64,000 bases of DNA, taken from assembly GCF_001194135.2 (NCBI RefSeq), contig NC_069003.1, positions 20,121,313-20,185,312 on the forward strand. Direction: 5' to 3'. A model generated the notes under the pieces. It was not told where the DNA came from, did not search any database, and saw only the letters and a list, made by a program, of their open reading frames with translations. Both the position numbers and the translations under genes were made by a program. Positions 48,621 through 61,740 of the stretch are shown here, piece by piece (positions within the stretch are counted from its first letter, which is position 1; each line of letters opens with the position of its first letter). Source of the stretch: Octopus bimaculoides. Lineage: Eukaryota.

Positions 48621-49844
48621 CGAGGGGCACCCAAAAGTAACCAGAAATGTTCTCTGTGTGAAAGCCTGTTGTAGTTCAGGCTTCTGCTTCTAGAAGTCAC
48701 TTGACATGACCCTCAGGCATCAGTCTGCCAACTGATATTGTGCAGTGGAGTCATACTGCCATGTGATGCATTTTTGTTTTGCAGTGGTTCTCTTCTGCTC
48801 CATGAAATTCTGTTTTCTACTGGGGAATACGGTGGCTGAAATAGTTTTCATGCTTCAAGGATGCTGCTATGAGCAAAACAGAAGTTTACAGGTGGTTTTC
48901 ACACTTTAGGAACTGTCACTTCTCACTTAAAGACCAACTTTGTTCAAGGTGACCATCGACTTCCCGAACAAATAAAAACGCCATGAAAATCCATGAATTG
49001 ATCTTGAAGGACCATTGCTGAACAATTGACGAACTTGTTGATAAGACTGGTCTCCTGGAGCTCCTATTAAAGAATTTTGAGTGAGGAATTGCAAACGAAA
49101 AGTGTTACAGCAAAATTTGTGCCTCACTTGCTCACGGAAGATCAATAACATTTATGACTGAATGTATCAGGAACTGAAAGAACAGTTGGAAGTTGATCCG
49201 AACCTTTTTCTGAAGGTCATCACTGTTGACAAAAGCTGGTGTAACAGGTGTGACCCGGAGATGAAGCAGTAATCAAGTCAATGGAAGCTTTCAATGTCAC
49301 CCCACCGAGAAAAATCATTCTAAGTGAAGTCCAATGTCAAGACAATGCTGATCTGTGTCATTGATGCGAAAGGAATCGTCCACAAAAAATTTGTTCCTCG
49401 TGGTCAAACTGCAAACCAGACATTTTACTTAGCAATTCTGAAGCATTTATGAGGTGTGGTGAGATGAAAACGCCCTGACCTGTGGCAAAGTGGAGAGTGA
49501 TGGTTTCATCATGACAATGCACCTGCGCACACTGCCTTCAGTATGAGACAATTTTTGCCAAAAATGGCATGACCCTGCTTACCCAGCCTCCCTATTCACC
49601 TGATCTTGCTCCCTGCGACATTTTTTTTGTTCTCCTGAATGAAAGAAGTTCTTAAAGGCAAACGTTTTGTAGAGTTGAAGAAAATAACAGCAGAGGTGTT
49701 AAAAGTATCACTTCACAAGAATTTCAGAACTGCTTTGAGCAGGAGGAAAATGCTTCAAGTAGAGAATACTTTGAAGGGGAACATGTAAAACTAAGTGAAT
49801 AATTTAATATTGCAAAATTCTAGTTTCTTTTGGGTACCCTTTCA
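48621..49844 (+). mobile_element. Full-length mariner pseudogene
   Basis: TIRs (TA)CGAGGGGCACCCAAAAG and CTTTTGGGTACCCTTTCA(TA); AKFVPHLL, HHDNAPAH and PYSPDLAPCD motifs; many frameshifts. Confidence 0.88.
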
Positions 49845-49904
49845 TATATGTATGCACATATGACTATATCTATTTATCTATCTATCTAACTATCTATCTT
49901 ATTT

Positions 49905-50131
49905 CTTTATTGCCCATGAGGGGCTAAATATAGAGGGGACAAACAAGGACAGACAAACAGATTAAGTCGATTACATCGACCCCAGTGCGTAACTGGTACT
50001 TAATTTATTGACCCCCAAAAGGATGAAAAGCAAAGTCGACCTCAGCGGAATTTGAACTCAGAACGTAGTGGCAGACGAAATACTGCTAAGCACTTTGCCC
50101 GGTGTGCTAACATTTCTGCCAGCTCGCCGCC
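49905..50131 (-). mobile_element. tRNA-derived Nin/Deu-domain SINE
   Basis: Reverse complement has head ggcggcgagctggcagaa..gagttcaaattc and the ctttgcttttcatcc..gtcaataaattaagtaccag domain. Further copies at about 1060, 4905, 5408, 23925, 35360, 35600 and 40012. Confidence 0.75.
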
Positions 50132-52781
50132 TAGACAACAACAACAACAACGACAACGACACAAATGTCCTTGCTAACTCGACCACTGTCTTCACCACTG
50201 CTACCACCAGTGACAACAACAACAACAACAACAACAGCAACAACAACAGGACACCGGCTTTCAACACCAACACCACCACTACTTCGACAAACTCTGCTGC
50301 CACTACTACCACCTTTGAACTTGGCAGTACAAACACCACTGTCAACACCACCATCAACAACTACAAGATGAACAAGATAAACAACACCACAAACGCCACA
50401 AACAACATATCTGCCAGCACCACAAAAACAAATTTTGCCGATGCAACTAAAGAAAAAAGAACAATATTAACATTCACCCAAAAACAAATCAATGATACAA
50501 AATCCCTTCTCACGAAAGAAGGTGACACTGTACAAATACACATACCAAAAGAAATCATCGAAAACACAAACAAGAAGCACATATCATACAGACTTATCAA
50601 CACGAAAACCAAGCGACTGGAGAATTTCTCCACCAAAAAAATTGAACTTTGTCTCAAACCCATATGGCCCTTTCAAAACCATGTTACTTGGGGACGCAAG
50701 TTCGCCACGGTCCAAGTACGCTTTCAGAGCGAAGAGTTAGCGAAGAAATTTTCGACACTCTCTCTCCACACAGATGACTTCGTGATGATACCGAGTTATC
50801 TTNNNNNNNNNNTCTCTCCACACAGATGACTTCGTGATGATACCGAGTTATCTTGGACAGAGAGTGACGAAGGTGACAGTAAAGAATGTCCCTTCACAAG
50901 TGGAGACGCAGTGGATAATAGGTGCTATATGCCTTGAAATGGAGGAGGCAAATATATTAGAAATTGCTACTGCAGAGGAGAAAAACTGGGAAGGAGGAAA
51001 AAAAATCGAAGTCCTCTTCCACATCACTGAAGAGGAGTGCCAAAAGATCCCCACAGACATCCAACTGGCAAAGGACTACAAGTTATATGTAGTGGTGGAA
51101 GGAAGGCGGCCACGCTGTTATGTATGCGGCAGCGAGGCACACCTCAAGGATAGTTGCCCAACTGCCGCGAACCAAAAAAAGCAACAAGGGCAACCACCAA
51201 AACCCACGAAAAGACCCCTATTACCAACACCGCCATCAACAATCAAAACAAGAGAAATACAAGCAACACCGACAACTGAGAAGACAACAGCAACTGCAAA
51301 AACAATAAGTGAGGAAGCAGGAGAAAAAAAAGAAAATCCCAAGACTGTCTCCCCCTCCTCCACATCACATACACCTCACACAAATAACAAGCAGCCAACA
51401 CCAACAAAAACAGCAACACAACCACTCACACAAACACACACAAACGCTCACAATTTGCCCCTACCCCCTTCCGATTCCTTAGAACTCTCGTCGGAAGACG
51501 AAAGTAATGAGGAATGGCAAATAGCCCAAAAAGGAAGGAGGAAGAGGAGCAAAAAAAGAAAAGCAAACACCAACAAAGCAGGGAGATACACAACTCCCGA
51601 AAACACTCCAGACACCAACACAAGCACACACAACAACAACACAAGCAACAAAACCCCAAAAGTGAACACACACACAATGCTCACTGCCATCAACACAAAA
51701 ACAAACATAACAAACAAAGACATANNNNNNNNNNNNNNNNNNNNNNNNNNNNNNNNNNNNNNNNNNNNNNNNNNNNNNNNNNNNNNNNNNNNNNNNNNNN
51801 NNNNNNNNNNNNNNNNNNNNNNNNNNNNNNNNNNNNNNNNNNNNNNNNNNNNNNNNNNNNNNNNNNNNNNNNNNNNNNNNNNNNNNNNNNNNNNNNNNNN
51901 NNNNNNNNNNNNNNNNNNNNNNNNNNNNNNNNNNNNNNNNNNNNNNNNNNNNNNNNNNNNNNNNNNNNNNNNNNNNNNNNNNNNNNNNNNNNNNNNNNNN
52001 NNNNNNNNNNNNNNNNNNNNNNNNNNNNNNNNNNNNNNNNNNNNNNNNNNNNNNNNNNNNNNNNNNNNNNNNNNNNNNNNNNNNNNNNNNNNNNNNNNNN
52101 NNNNNNNNNNNNNNNNNNNNNNNNNNNNNNNNNNNNNNNNNNNNNNNNNNNNNNNNNNNNNNNNNNNNNNNNNNNNNNNNNNNNNNNNNNNNNNNNNNNN
52201 NNNNNNNNNNNNNNNNNNNNNNNNNNNNNNNNNNNNNNNNNNNNNNNNNNNNNNNNNNNNNNNNNNNNNNNNNNNNNNNNNNNNNNNNNNNNNNNNNNNN
52301 NNNNNNNNNNNNNNNNNNNNNNNNNNNNNNNNNNNNNNNNNNNNNNNNNNNNNNNNNNNNNNNNNNNNNNNNNNNNNNNNNNNNNNNNNNNNNNNNNNNN
52401 NNNNNNNNNNNNNNNNNNNNNNNNNNNNNNNNNNNNNNNNNNNNNNNNNNNNNNNNNNNNNNNNNNNNNNNNNNNNNNNNNNNNNNNNNNNNNNNNNNNN
52501 NNNNNNNNNNNNNNNNNNNNNNNNNNNNNNNNNNNNNNNNNNNNNNNNNNNNCGTCTCGTCCCTTACTTTTAGTGGGGGATTGGAATGCTACCTTGGACA
52601 CGCAGCTAGACTACGTGGGCAGAGATAGGAATAGACGGGGATGCAAATGCCTCAAAGACCTGCTCAGACGCTTTCAACTGTCTGACAGGTACCGACTCGA
52701 CCACCCGAATGCGCCAACGTGAACATGGAGCAACCGCATCGGGTTGTCGAGATCGTATCTAGATAGAGTACTGTGTAGGAG
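50132..52781 (+). mobile_element. L1/Tx1-like LINE: ORF1 (RRM-like plus CCHC) and start of ORF2 (APE endonuclease)
   Basis: ORF1 contains CYVCGSEAHLKDSC. After the gap, LLLVGDWNATLD..DRYRL..TWSN..SRSYLDRVL is APE, with a stop at 52720-52722. Confidence 0.82.
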
Positions 52782-52978
52782 NNNNNNNNNNNNNNNNNNN
52801 NNNNNNNNNNNNNNNNNNNNNNNNNNNNNNNNNNNNNNNNNNNNNNNNNNNNNNNNNNNNNNNNNNNNNNNNNNNNNNNNNTATCTATCTATCTATCTAT
52901 CTATCAATCTATCTATCTATCTATCTGTGTGCGTGTGTGTGCATGTGTACATGTGTGTTTGTATGTGTGTGCATGCAT

Positions 52979-53020
<42 letters not shown>

Positions 53021-53641
53021 ATGTGATATTTTGGGTTTTTTTTTTCTTTTTTGCAGATTTCCCTTAACAGTGTGTCCCCTTATCACAACAGTGCAAGAAG
53101 AAGGTCTGCCACATTTTCTTTGCTATTCAGGTAACTGCATGAGTGCAGGAGGAATTACCCTGTGCTGGGAAACCATCCAGGTGACAAACTGAATGACATT
53201 CCTCCTCCACTCCACTGCACACCACACCAGCACCCCTCCCTCATCCCATCCATCCATCCATCCAACATTTTTTGCTTGTTTTTGTTTCTCTCTTTTCTTG
53301 CTTGTCTTTTTTGGGGGGGGCCCTGACAAGATCTTTCATGAAGTACAATGCTAACATTCCTAACCCACCCTCGCACTGCAAAAACTGGGAGCATCTTTTC
53401 CTTTTTCTTCTCTCTTGGAGATTTTCTCGTGACTAAATAGAAGCGTTGGAGACACGAAGGCGCCATACAAATATAAAGAACAACTGGCTCTACAGGTAAT
53501 TGATATATAACAATTGAGATGTGTGTATAATACATGCCATGATCAAACATGCATGCATAAATACATACAACAACAACAACAACAAATAAGAAGAAAAAGA
53601 AGAACAATAATAATAGATATATATGTATATATACATTGATC

Positions 53642-53673
<32 letters not shown>

Positions 53674-55348
53674 CATACATGCATACATACACACACACAC
53701 ACACACGCACACGCACACACGCACACATATATATATATACATACATACATACACATACACATATACACACATATTGTATATATGTATAGCTATAAATTTA
53801 TGCATATGTATACATATATGCATATATGCATATGTACACATACACACAAACACACACATACACACACATACACACACAAGCACGCATATGCAGTGAAAGA
53901 GAGAACAACAAAGGGAGATCGACAATGTTTGCACACAAGTGTTAGTGATATATTCATAAGCATGCACATAGGTACACATGTATACATGTTCCGATCTAAC
54001 ATGCAAGTTATTCACACGCAGACAAGTGGACAAGCATTGTGACAGATAGACAGACAAGTAAATAGACAGGAAGGTTATCAAGGAAATTACTTACTGACTG
54101 TCAGACAGGGAAGATAAACATATTCAAGTAGTCAAATGCGTTCTTTTAGCTTCACACGTTCCTGCATTTAATAATTGTGTATATGTGTGGTTGTGTATGT
54201 GTGCATGTGCATGTATATATATATGCATATATATATATATATATATATANNNNNNNNNNNNNNNNNNNNNNNNNNNNNNNNNNNNNNNNNNNNNNNNNNN
54301 NNNNNNNNNNNNNNNNNNNNNNNNNNNNNNNNNNNNNNNNNNNNNNNNTATACACATAATGTTGAAAGATTTAAGAGGTCAAACAATGCAAATAGATTTT
54401 AAGATGAGAAAACGTAAACTAAAAGTAAGTTACCTGGTAATCTGTGGTCTTATATGTATCCAATATTTTGGGACATACAAGTCCCTTCTTCAGGGCTAAA
54501 AAGGAACTGTCCTTGGTAAGATGTTTTTTTTTTTTGTCGGAGATAAAATAATTCTATGATTATATTTGAATTTTGAAGCGTTTCTCTTCTTTGTGAATGT
54601 TAGTGATGTCCATTATTAACTTATCGCTCCAAAAATCAATTTTCATCTCTTTTCTAATACACGTCTCAGAAAAAGGGGAGGCACAGTAATGTGTGACATG
54701 CAACTAAAATTGAGCTCAGTAGTGAACTCTACAACCTACCCCAGTATCCAGAAAAGTACAATGTGAGACAGCAAACTCCAGATAGGTTACAGTTCAGAAT
54801 ATGAGCCAAATAATAGGAAAAAATAATAAGCAGAAAATAGGTGTGATATTCAAAGTTTTATCAGACTACATGTTTCAGTAAAATGCCAAAATAATTACAT
54901 GAGGGTAGTAGAAACATCATGCAATTATGTATTCACCGCATCAGTGTTGCCCTATGAATGCAACAATGTCAAAGCTCCAGATATATACACTTTTTCTCCA
55001 TTAAGCAAATGATCAACAAATTTGCATGACACATAAAATAGCAGACAAAGCATCACATCAAAGAGGTCCAAACAATGCTACACCTCTCTCAAAAGCAAAA
55101 GTACTATCAGAAAGAAAGAGAGGAAGAGAGAAAGAGAGAGGAGAGAAAGAGTGAGGGAGAGAGAAAGATAGGGAGGAAAGAGAGGAGGCGAGTTTGGGAA
55201 AAGAAAACATGTAAAATCATAAAAAGGAAAGAAGAATAAAATAAAAGGAGGAAGTGGAGTATCAAGGGCACTGATAGCAGGAAGTCAGCAGGCCATAAAA
55301 CAGTTAAGGGCAGTCATAAAGATATAAATATACATCCAATACAAAGGA

Positions 55349-56262
55349 CATTTGTGCTGTGTATGGAGAGGGTGCCATAGCTGAAAGAACCGCTGGTGAT
55401 TGGTATGCCAAGTTCAAAAATGAAAATTTTGACCTCAAAGACGCACCTTGTTCTGGCTGTCCAGTTGAGTTTGATGAAGAGCAATTAAACCAACTTTTGC
55501 ATGAAAATTCTTGTTAAACGACAAGGGAACTCGCAGAGAAAATGGAATGCTTCCACACTGCTATACAGGATGTCCACAAGGTTTGGGTACACAAAGTAAA
55601 TAAAATCATAACATAAACAATTAAATATAAGAAATAATAATTTCTTAGCGTATGTGTTAATCCCCATGTGGGTACATGGAGTATATAAAATCATAACATA
55701 AACTATTAAATATAAGAAACAATAATTTCTTAAAGTATGTGTTAATCCCCATGTACCCAGACTTTGTGGACACCCTGTAGAGAAGCATCTTCACTCGATG
55801 GCAAAGTTTCAGAAGTATGGAACGTGGGTTCCGCATGCTTTAAGTGACAACAACAAAAATCAACTAACCACAATCTCTGCTGGTTTGCTTGCTCATCCCC
55901 ACTCAACTCATGGACACAAGTAACGATTTCTTTACTGAATCGTTACTTGTGATGAAAAATGGTGCTTGTACATCAATATGAAGCAGCATAAGGAATGGCT
56001 TAGCCCCGGTAAACAAGATCTTCATCTTCATAAAACAATGTTGTGCATATGGTAGGACTGGGAAGGAATTATCCATTATGAATTGCTTGAACGGAACCAA
56101 ATGGTCAATGCGGAACTCTATGTTCCACAGATGGAACAACTTAACACGGCTATTCAAGAGAAAAGACCTAATTGGCAGCAGGGAGTTCTTCTGCTGCACG
56201 ACAACGCCCACCCTCATATCACCAAGGAAGCCATTCAAACGCATGGCTGGGAAGTGCTGACA
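55349..56262 (+). mobile_element. Mariner fragment of the same family as 30413-31608, interrupted by a MITE
   Basis: High similarity to the reverse complement of 30730-31430; WVPHAL, IVTCDEKW and LLHDNAHPH motifs. Confidence 0.85.
55566..55777. mobile_element. Tc1-type MITE with TA duplication and an internal direct repeat
   Basis: TIRs CAGGATGTCCACAAGGTTTGGGTAC and GTACCCAGACTTTGTGGACACCCTG; TA at 55564-55565 and 55778-55779; internal ~69-nt direct repeat at 55601 and 55686. Confidence 0.88.
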
Positions 56263-56504
56263 TCTACTGATCTGGTTTAAAGCAAACTGGTCTCTGTATT
56301 CATTGTAATTGTCTTTGGTATTTTCTCACTAAAATATTTATGATTCAGCAAAGAGAAATCAAGATTTACCCATCAGATGAAATACATTGGGACCTGGATT
56401 ACAACTGAGTGCTCATACAGTACCCATCTGGATATTTTATCCCTATCTATTCATTATAATAATTAAATTATATATTATGCATCTTATTGCATTTTGTTAT
56501 GCAC

Positions 56505-56660
56505 ATGATCCTCTGGTCAGTGGAAAACTTTTCTTCCATGAAACTGAGTCCATACCTCATAGAATTCAAGCTGTAATTACTGCCAAAGGTAGTCCTACCA
56601 CATATTAAAATTAATTTGTTTGAAATTTTAAGGTGTTTCCATTATTTTGTCCAACCCCTG
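56505..56660 (+). mobile_element. Tc1 3' end with TIR
   Basis: ESIPHRIQAVITAKGSPTTY* followed by ggtgtttccattattttgtccaacccctg(TA). Confidence 0.7.
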
Positions 56661-56668
56661 TACATATA

Positions 56669-56713
<45 letters not shown>

Positions 56714-56719
<6 letters not shown>

Positions 56720-59700
56720 GGCAAGAGTCACAACATCCCTTGCAAGAATAGACTGACCAAATGACTATAAATACTAGCGGTCTGAGTAAGATAGGAGTCA
56801 GAGTTGGTGTTAATCGCAGGAAGTCGTAAAGTGTTTAGGCAGTTTGTCAGAATATCATTTGTTGGTTTTTGTATAGTTCGTGGAGAGTTTGTTGCATTGT
56901 TACATTGTTACCCTGCTTCATTATATATTTTATTGTTACTACACAGTTATAGTGTAAACAACTATCATCATAGATAGTGGCAATACTACAATAATTGGCA
57001 ACAACTAACTACATTACAATAATTGGCGAAGAGAATTCATAGCTCACACAGGTCAGTTAAATTTTTGTGATACAAAGTTGTTATTGATGGAAGACCTATT
57101 AGCTTCTAGAATACAGTTGCAAAACCAGCAGCAAGAACAGCAACATGAGTTACAGAAACAACTACTTCAGCAACAAGAAAAACAACAACAGTTAATGGAG
57201 CTATGCCTTAAGAAGTCCAGAAACACTACAAGTTTGTTTTTGCTAGACGGTGTATCGAACTCTATAACAGAATTCAGTTATAACTCAGAGGAGGGTATAA
57301 TGTTTGCAGCGAACTTCAGAAGGTATGAAGAAATCTTCAGGGAAGATTGCTAGTTGTGGACAGACAAGGAAAAAGTAAGGCTATTATTACATAAATTAAC
57401 TCCGTCAGAACATGAAAAATATTGAATTTTATACTACCCCAAAAAACTAGTGAAATTTGTTTCCAGGAAACATTTGAATTACTATCAAAAATGTTCAGTG
57501 ATAAGAGTTTCCTATTTAACATTCAATGGTTGTGCTGGAATCTAGTTAAAAAAGAGAATGAAGACTTTGTCACATATGCTGGGACTGTAAACAGAATGTG
57601 TGAAAGGTTTAAACTGAAGGAACTAACTCCTGATATGTTTAAGTGCCTCATTTTTGTACAAGGGCTGACAACAAATAAAGATGCAGAAACACATGCAAGA
57701 ATTCTCACAAAACTTGAACAAGTGGACCAGAGTTTAACCTTGCAGACAGTTGCAGAGAAGAGTCAAAGAATGGTAAACTTGCAACAGGGTGTAAAAAAAA
57801 TTGAAGAGAAGGATTTCTCACAAGTACAAGCATGTCGACTGGGAAATAATAAACAAAATAATGTTAGGACNNNNNNNNNNNNNNNNNNNNNNNNNNNNNN
57901 NNNNNNNNNNNNNNNNNNNAGAAAGGATTGTCCTTTCAAAATGCAGAAATGTTACAGTTGCCAAAAAATAGGACATGAGGGCTCACATTGTAGAGCTAAG
58001 TTAGAAAGGTCAAACAAGAAATTCTAAACTTTTCTCAATGGAAAGGAGAAACAACACCAACAAGAGGAAAGTTGTTCATGTAAGAGTAAATGAAGTGAAT
58101 ATTAAATTACAACTAGATACTGGTAGCAACATTTCGATTATTGATATTGACACATGGAAAAGAATTGGGAAACCTGCATTCAGAAAAATATTGAAAATTG
58201 CATGAGGCGTGACAGGTTAAAAGCTACACTTCATAGGTAAAATGTGGGGCGATAGTACATTTTGTGGTAAAATCTGTTGAGCAAAAGTTTACACATTAAA
58301 AAATGCAACCAATCTATTTGGTATGGACTGGATGGAGTTGTTTGATTTATGGGACCTCCCCATAAATCTGTTCTGTAAAAACATTTTGTGTAATGCCATT
58401 CATGAGTTACCTGTGACTGTGTAGGACAATTACATCATAAAATTGAAGGAAGCCTTGAAAAATAAAGAAAGGAGAAATAAGAATGTGAATCATTTTTCCC
58501 TCTACGATGATGTATTAATGAGTGGTAGTACCAACTGCAGTATAGAAATGTGTGTTTCATGAATTTCATAGTGGACACCTGGGGATGTCAAGAATGAAAG
58601 CTTTGGTGAAGAGTTCCATGTTTTGGCTAACAATGGATCAGGACATTGAAAATTTGGTAAAATCATGTAGAGGTTGTGCACTAGCAGCCAAGGCACCACT
58701 GGTGAAATACCAATTGTGACCTGAGACTGATAGTTCGTGGTCCAGGGTACATATAGACTATGCTGGACTGGTGAATGGCACATACTACTAAATCATTGTT
58801 GATAGCTTTATCAAGTGGCCAGAAGTATGTAGGTACAGTCATCCTTTCGAAGGCAATAATAAAGTTCCTACTTGAACTTTTTGCTTGATTCGGTGTTCGG
58901 ACACCATAGTATTGGACAAAGGAACACAATTTACAAGAGACGAATTCAAGAAATTCTGAAAAATGCATACAATCAAGCACATGTTTACCCCACCTACCAT
59001 CCGAGGTCAAATGGGCAAGCAGAACGATTCATAGATACTTTCAAGTGAGCACAAAAAAAGCAAGGAACAAGTTAGGAAATGACGAAGCACTAACTAAATT
59101 CTTAAGGGTCTACAGAATAACGTCCAGTCCAAATACCAGTTCAGGCAAGTTACCTGCAGAGCTAATGTTCACTTGAAAGATTAAATCGATCTTCAACAAA
59201 TTGTTACCAAAGGAAAAAACATAGAGAAAATGCAAAAAATTCAACTAAACATTTTGATGTCGGAGACAAAGTTCATTTCAAAGTATACAAGAAAGGTAAA
59301 GAGAGTTGGCAGGGTGGTGTAGTAACTAAAAGGATTGGAAACATGATGTATTTAATAAAAGACCAGCAATGGGAGCATAAACGACATCTCAATCAATTAA
59401 AAATCAAACATACAGAAGAAAGGAAGGAAATTCCAATGGAAATTTTTTATGACATTTTCAATGTGCCAGTACCAAAAGAGATTGAGCCTAGAAGGAGCAA
59501 TAATAGAAAACATAAACAGACTGAACATTTGGAAATAATTCCTAAGCAGAAAAGGTATTGAACTCCCTAAGGAATCAAAATCTCAAAAAGGGAGAGATGT
59601 TGGAAAGAAAGAAAAAAAAATTATAAAAAATAATTATAAAATTCGTTTCCTATGGAAGACGAAATCTCAAAAGGGAAGACGTTATGGCAAGAGTCACAAC

Positions 59701-59962
59701 ACCCCCTGCAAGAATGAACTGACCGAACGACTATAAATAGTGGTGGTCTGAGTGTGATAGGAGTTAGAGTAGGTGTTAATCGCAGGAAGTCATAAGGTGT
59801 CATTTTGGTGGTTTGTCAGAATATCATTTGTTGGTTCGTGTATATTTTGTGGAGAGTTTGTTGGATTGTTATGTTGTTGTTACCCTGCTTCATTATATAA
59901 TTTATTGTTAGTACACGGTTATAGTGTAAACAAGTATTGTCATAAATAGTGACGATACTACA
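56714..59962 (+). mobile_element. Gypsy (Mag-like) LTR retrotransposon, non-autonomous (RT/RNase H deleted)
   Basis: LTRs at 56714-56990 and 59680-59962; PBS-like TGGCGAAGAG at 57024; gag with CYSCQKIGHEGSHC; protease LDTGS; integrase RVHIDYAG, DSF..WPEV and YHPRSNGQAERF; PPT aaaagggaaga. No RT motifs seen between protease and integrase. Confidence 0.9.
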
Positions 59963-61156
59963 ATAATTGGCGATGAGTAGCTATGTTACAATATATATAT
60001 AATATAAAATGTGCCCTTTTAAAGCCTAGCCAGGCTCGTGAGCCCGGTTTCCCGGTTTCAATGGCGTATGTGTTCCCCAGCTGGATGGGACGCCAGTCCA
60101 TCGAGCGTTACACATTTTTGCCAGTTGAGTGGACTGGAGCAACGGGAAATGAAGTGTTTTGCTCAAGAATACAACGCGATCATGATGCTGACACCCTAAC
60201 CACTAAGCCACATGCCTCCACACACGCACACACACACACATATATATATATATGTATGTATGTGTGTGTGACGGGTATGTGCGTATGTATGTATGTATAT
60301 ATTTGTATATAAGTATATGTGTGCCTTTGTGTCTGTGTTCGTCTCCCTCCTCACCACTTGACAACTAGTGTTGGTGTGTTTATGTCCCCATAACTTAGTG
60401 GTTTGGAGAAAGAGACCGATAGAATAAATACTACTGGGATCGATTCATTCGACTAAAAATTCTTCAAGGCAGTGCCCCTGCATGGCCACAGTCTATTGAC
60501 TGAAATAAGTAAAAAAGAAAAAAATAGATAGCAAGAAAGAAAGTAAAAAATCACAAATTGTTTATTTGATTGTTGTAAATATGTTTTTTTAATTTCTAAC
60601 TCCAAGCTTTAGGGTTCTCGGAGTTAAAGGATCCCCTGGGCTATAACACGTGGCTCATATTGATCCATACATAAATCCAGTCTGAAGTACATAGCACAGA
60701 GTACACCATACATTTGCACACTACACAGTGATGTTAATAATATCTAACCATTTAACTTGTTCTTTTGATCAATTTCTAAAGACAACCTGGAATATATTAA
60801 TTTATCTCCTTGATAAATTGTCACGCTATCAAAGTATTTACTTTAATTCTTAAGGACATTGTCTGCCTGAAACGTTTTTTTGTTTGTTTAATTTTTTCCG
60901 GTTTTTATCTTTCTTTTTATAAACTTTTTGGATCTTTTGTTTGTGGTTTTTATGTTTTTTTTTTTGTTGTTTTTTGTTTTTTGGGGGTCTTGAGTATTAT
61001 TCTGTAAGGTAATATGACTCTCTCTCTCTCTTTCTCTCTGCTTTGCCTTTGTTTGTCTAGCTTTTTCTCGCATGCTAATTGACTCTCTCTGTATCTCTGT
61101 CTCTGTGCATGTATGTGTGTGTGTGTCTCTCTTTCTCATCTCTCTTTCTATCTTTC

Positions 61157-61238
<82 letters not shown>

Positions 61239-61698
61239 AAATATATGGATTGGATTGGGGGAACGTTTGTGTTTACAAACAATAGATGGGGAAGAGACAA
61301 AAAACTCAGAAACTTGAAACCCAGCAATAGAACTGAAGAAGCTCCAGCTGTTCATATAAGAAACAATAGAAACTGCATATACATATACATACATGCATAA
61401 TGTGTATATGTGTGTGTGTGTATATATGTATAAATATATGCATTTATATGTGTATATGTATGTGTGTATGTATACATATGTATGTATGTCTGTGTGTGTA
61501 TGAATTTATATGTATATATATATATATATGTGTGTGTATGTGTATGCATATGTATGATTATAGCTATATCTATCTCTCTATCTATCTACATACACACCAA
61601 CACGCACACACATATACTTGTATGCATATATATATTTATATACATAAATAGATGAATGCATGAATGTGTGTGTGTGTGTGTGTTTTTGNNNNNNNNNN

Positions 61699-61740
<42 letters not shown>

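Noticed and set aside
53155-54499. 308-aa ORF and neighbours rich in CV, YI and HT
   Set aside because: Translations of (TG)n, (TA)n and (CA)n microsatellites with no domain or codon signal. The same applies to 25661-26001, 26887-27102 and 60888-61655.
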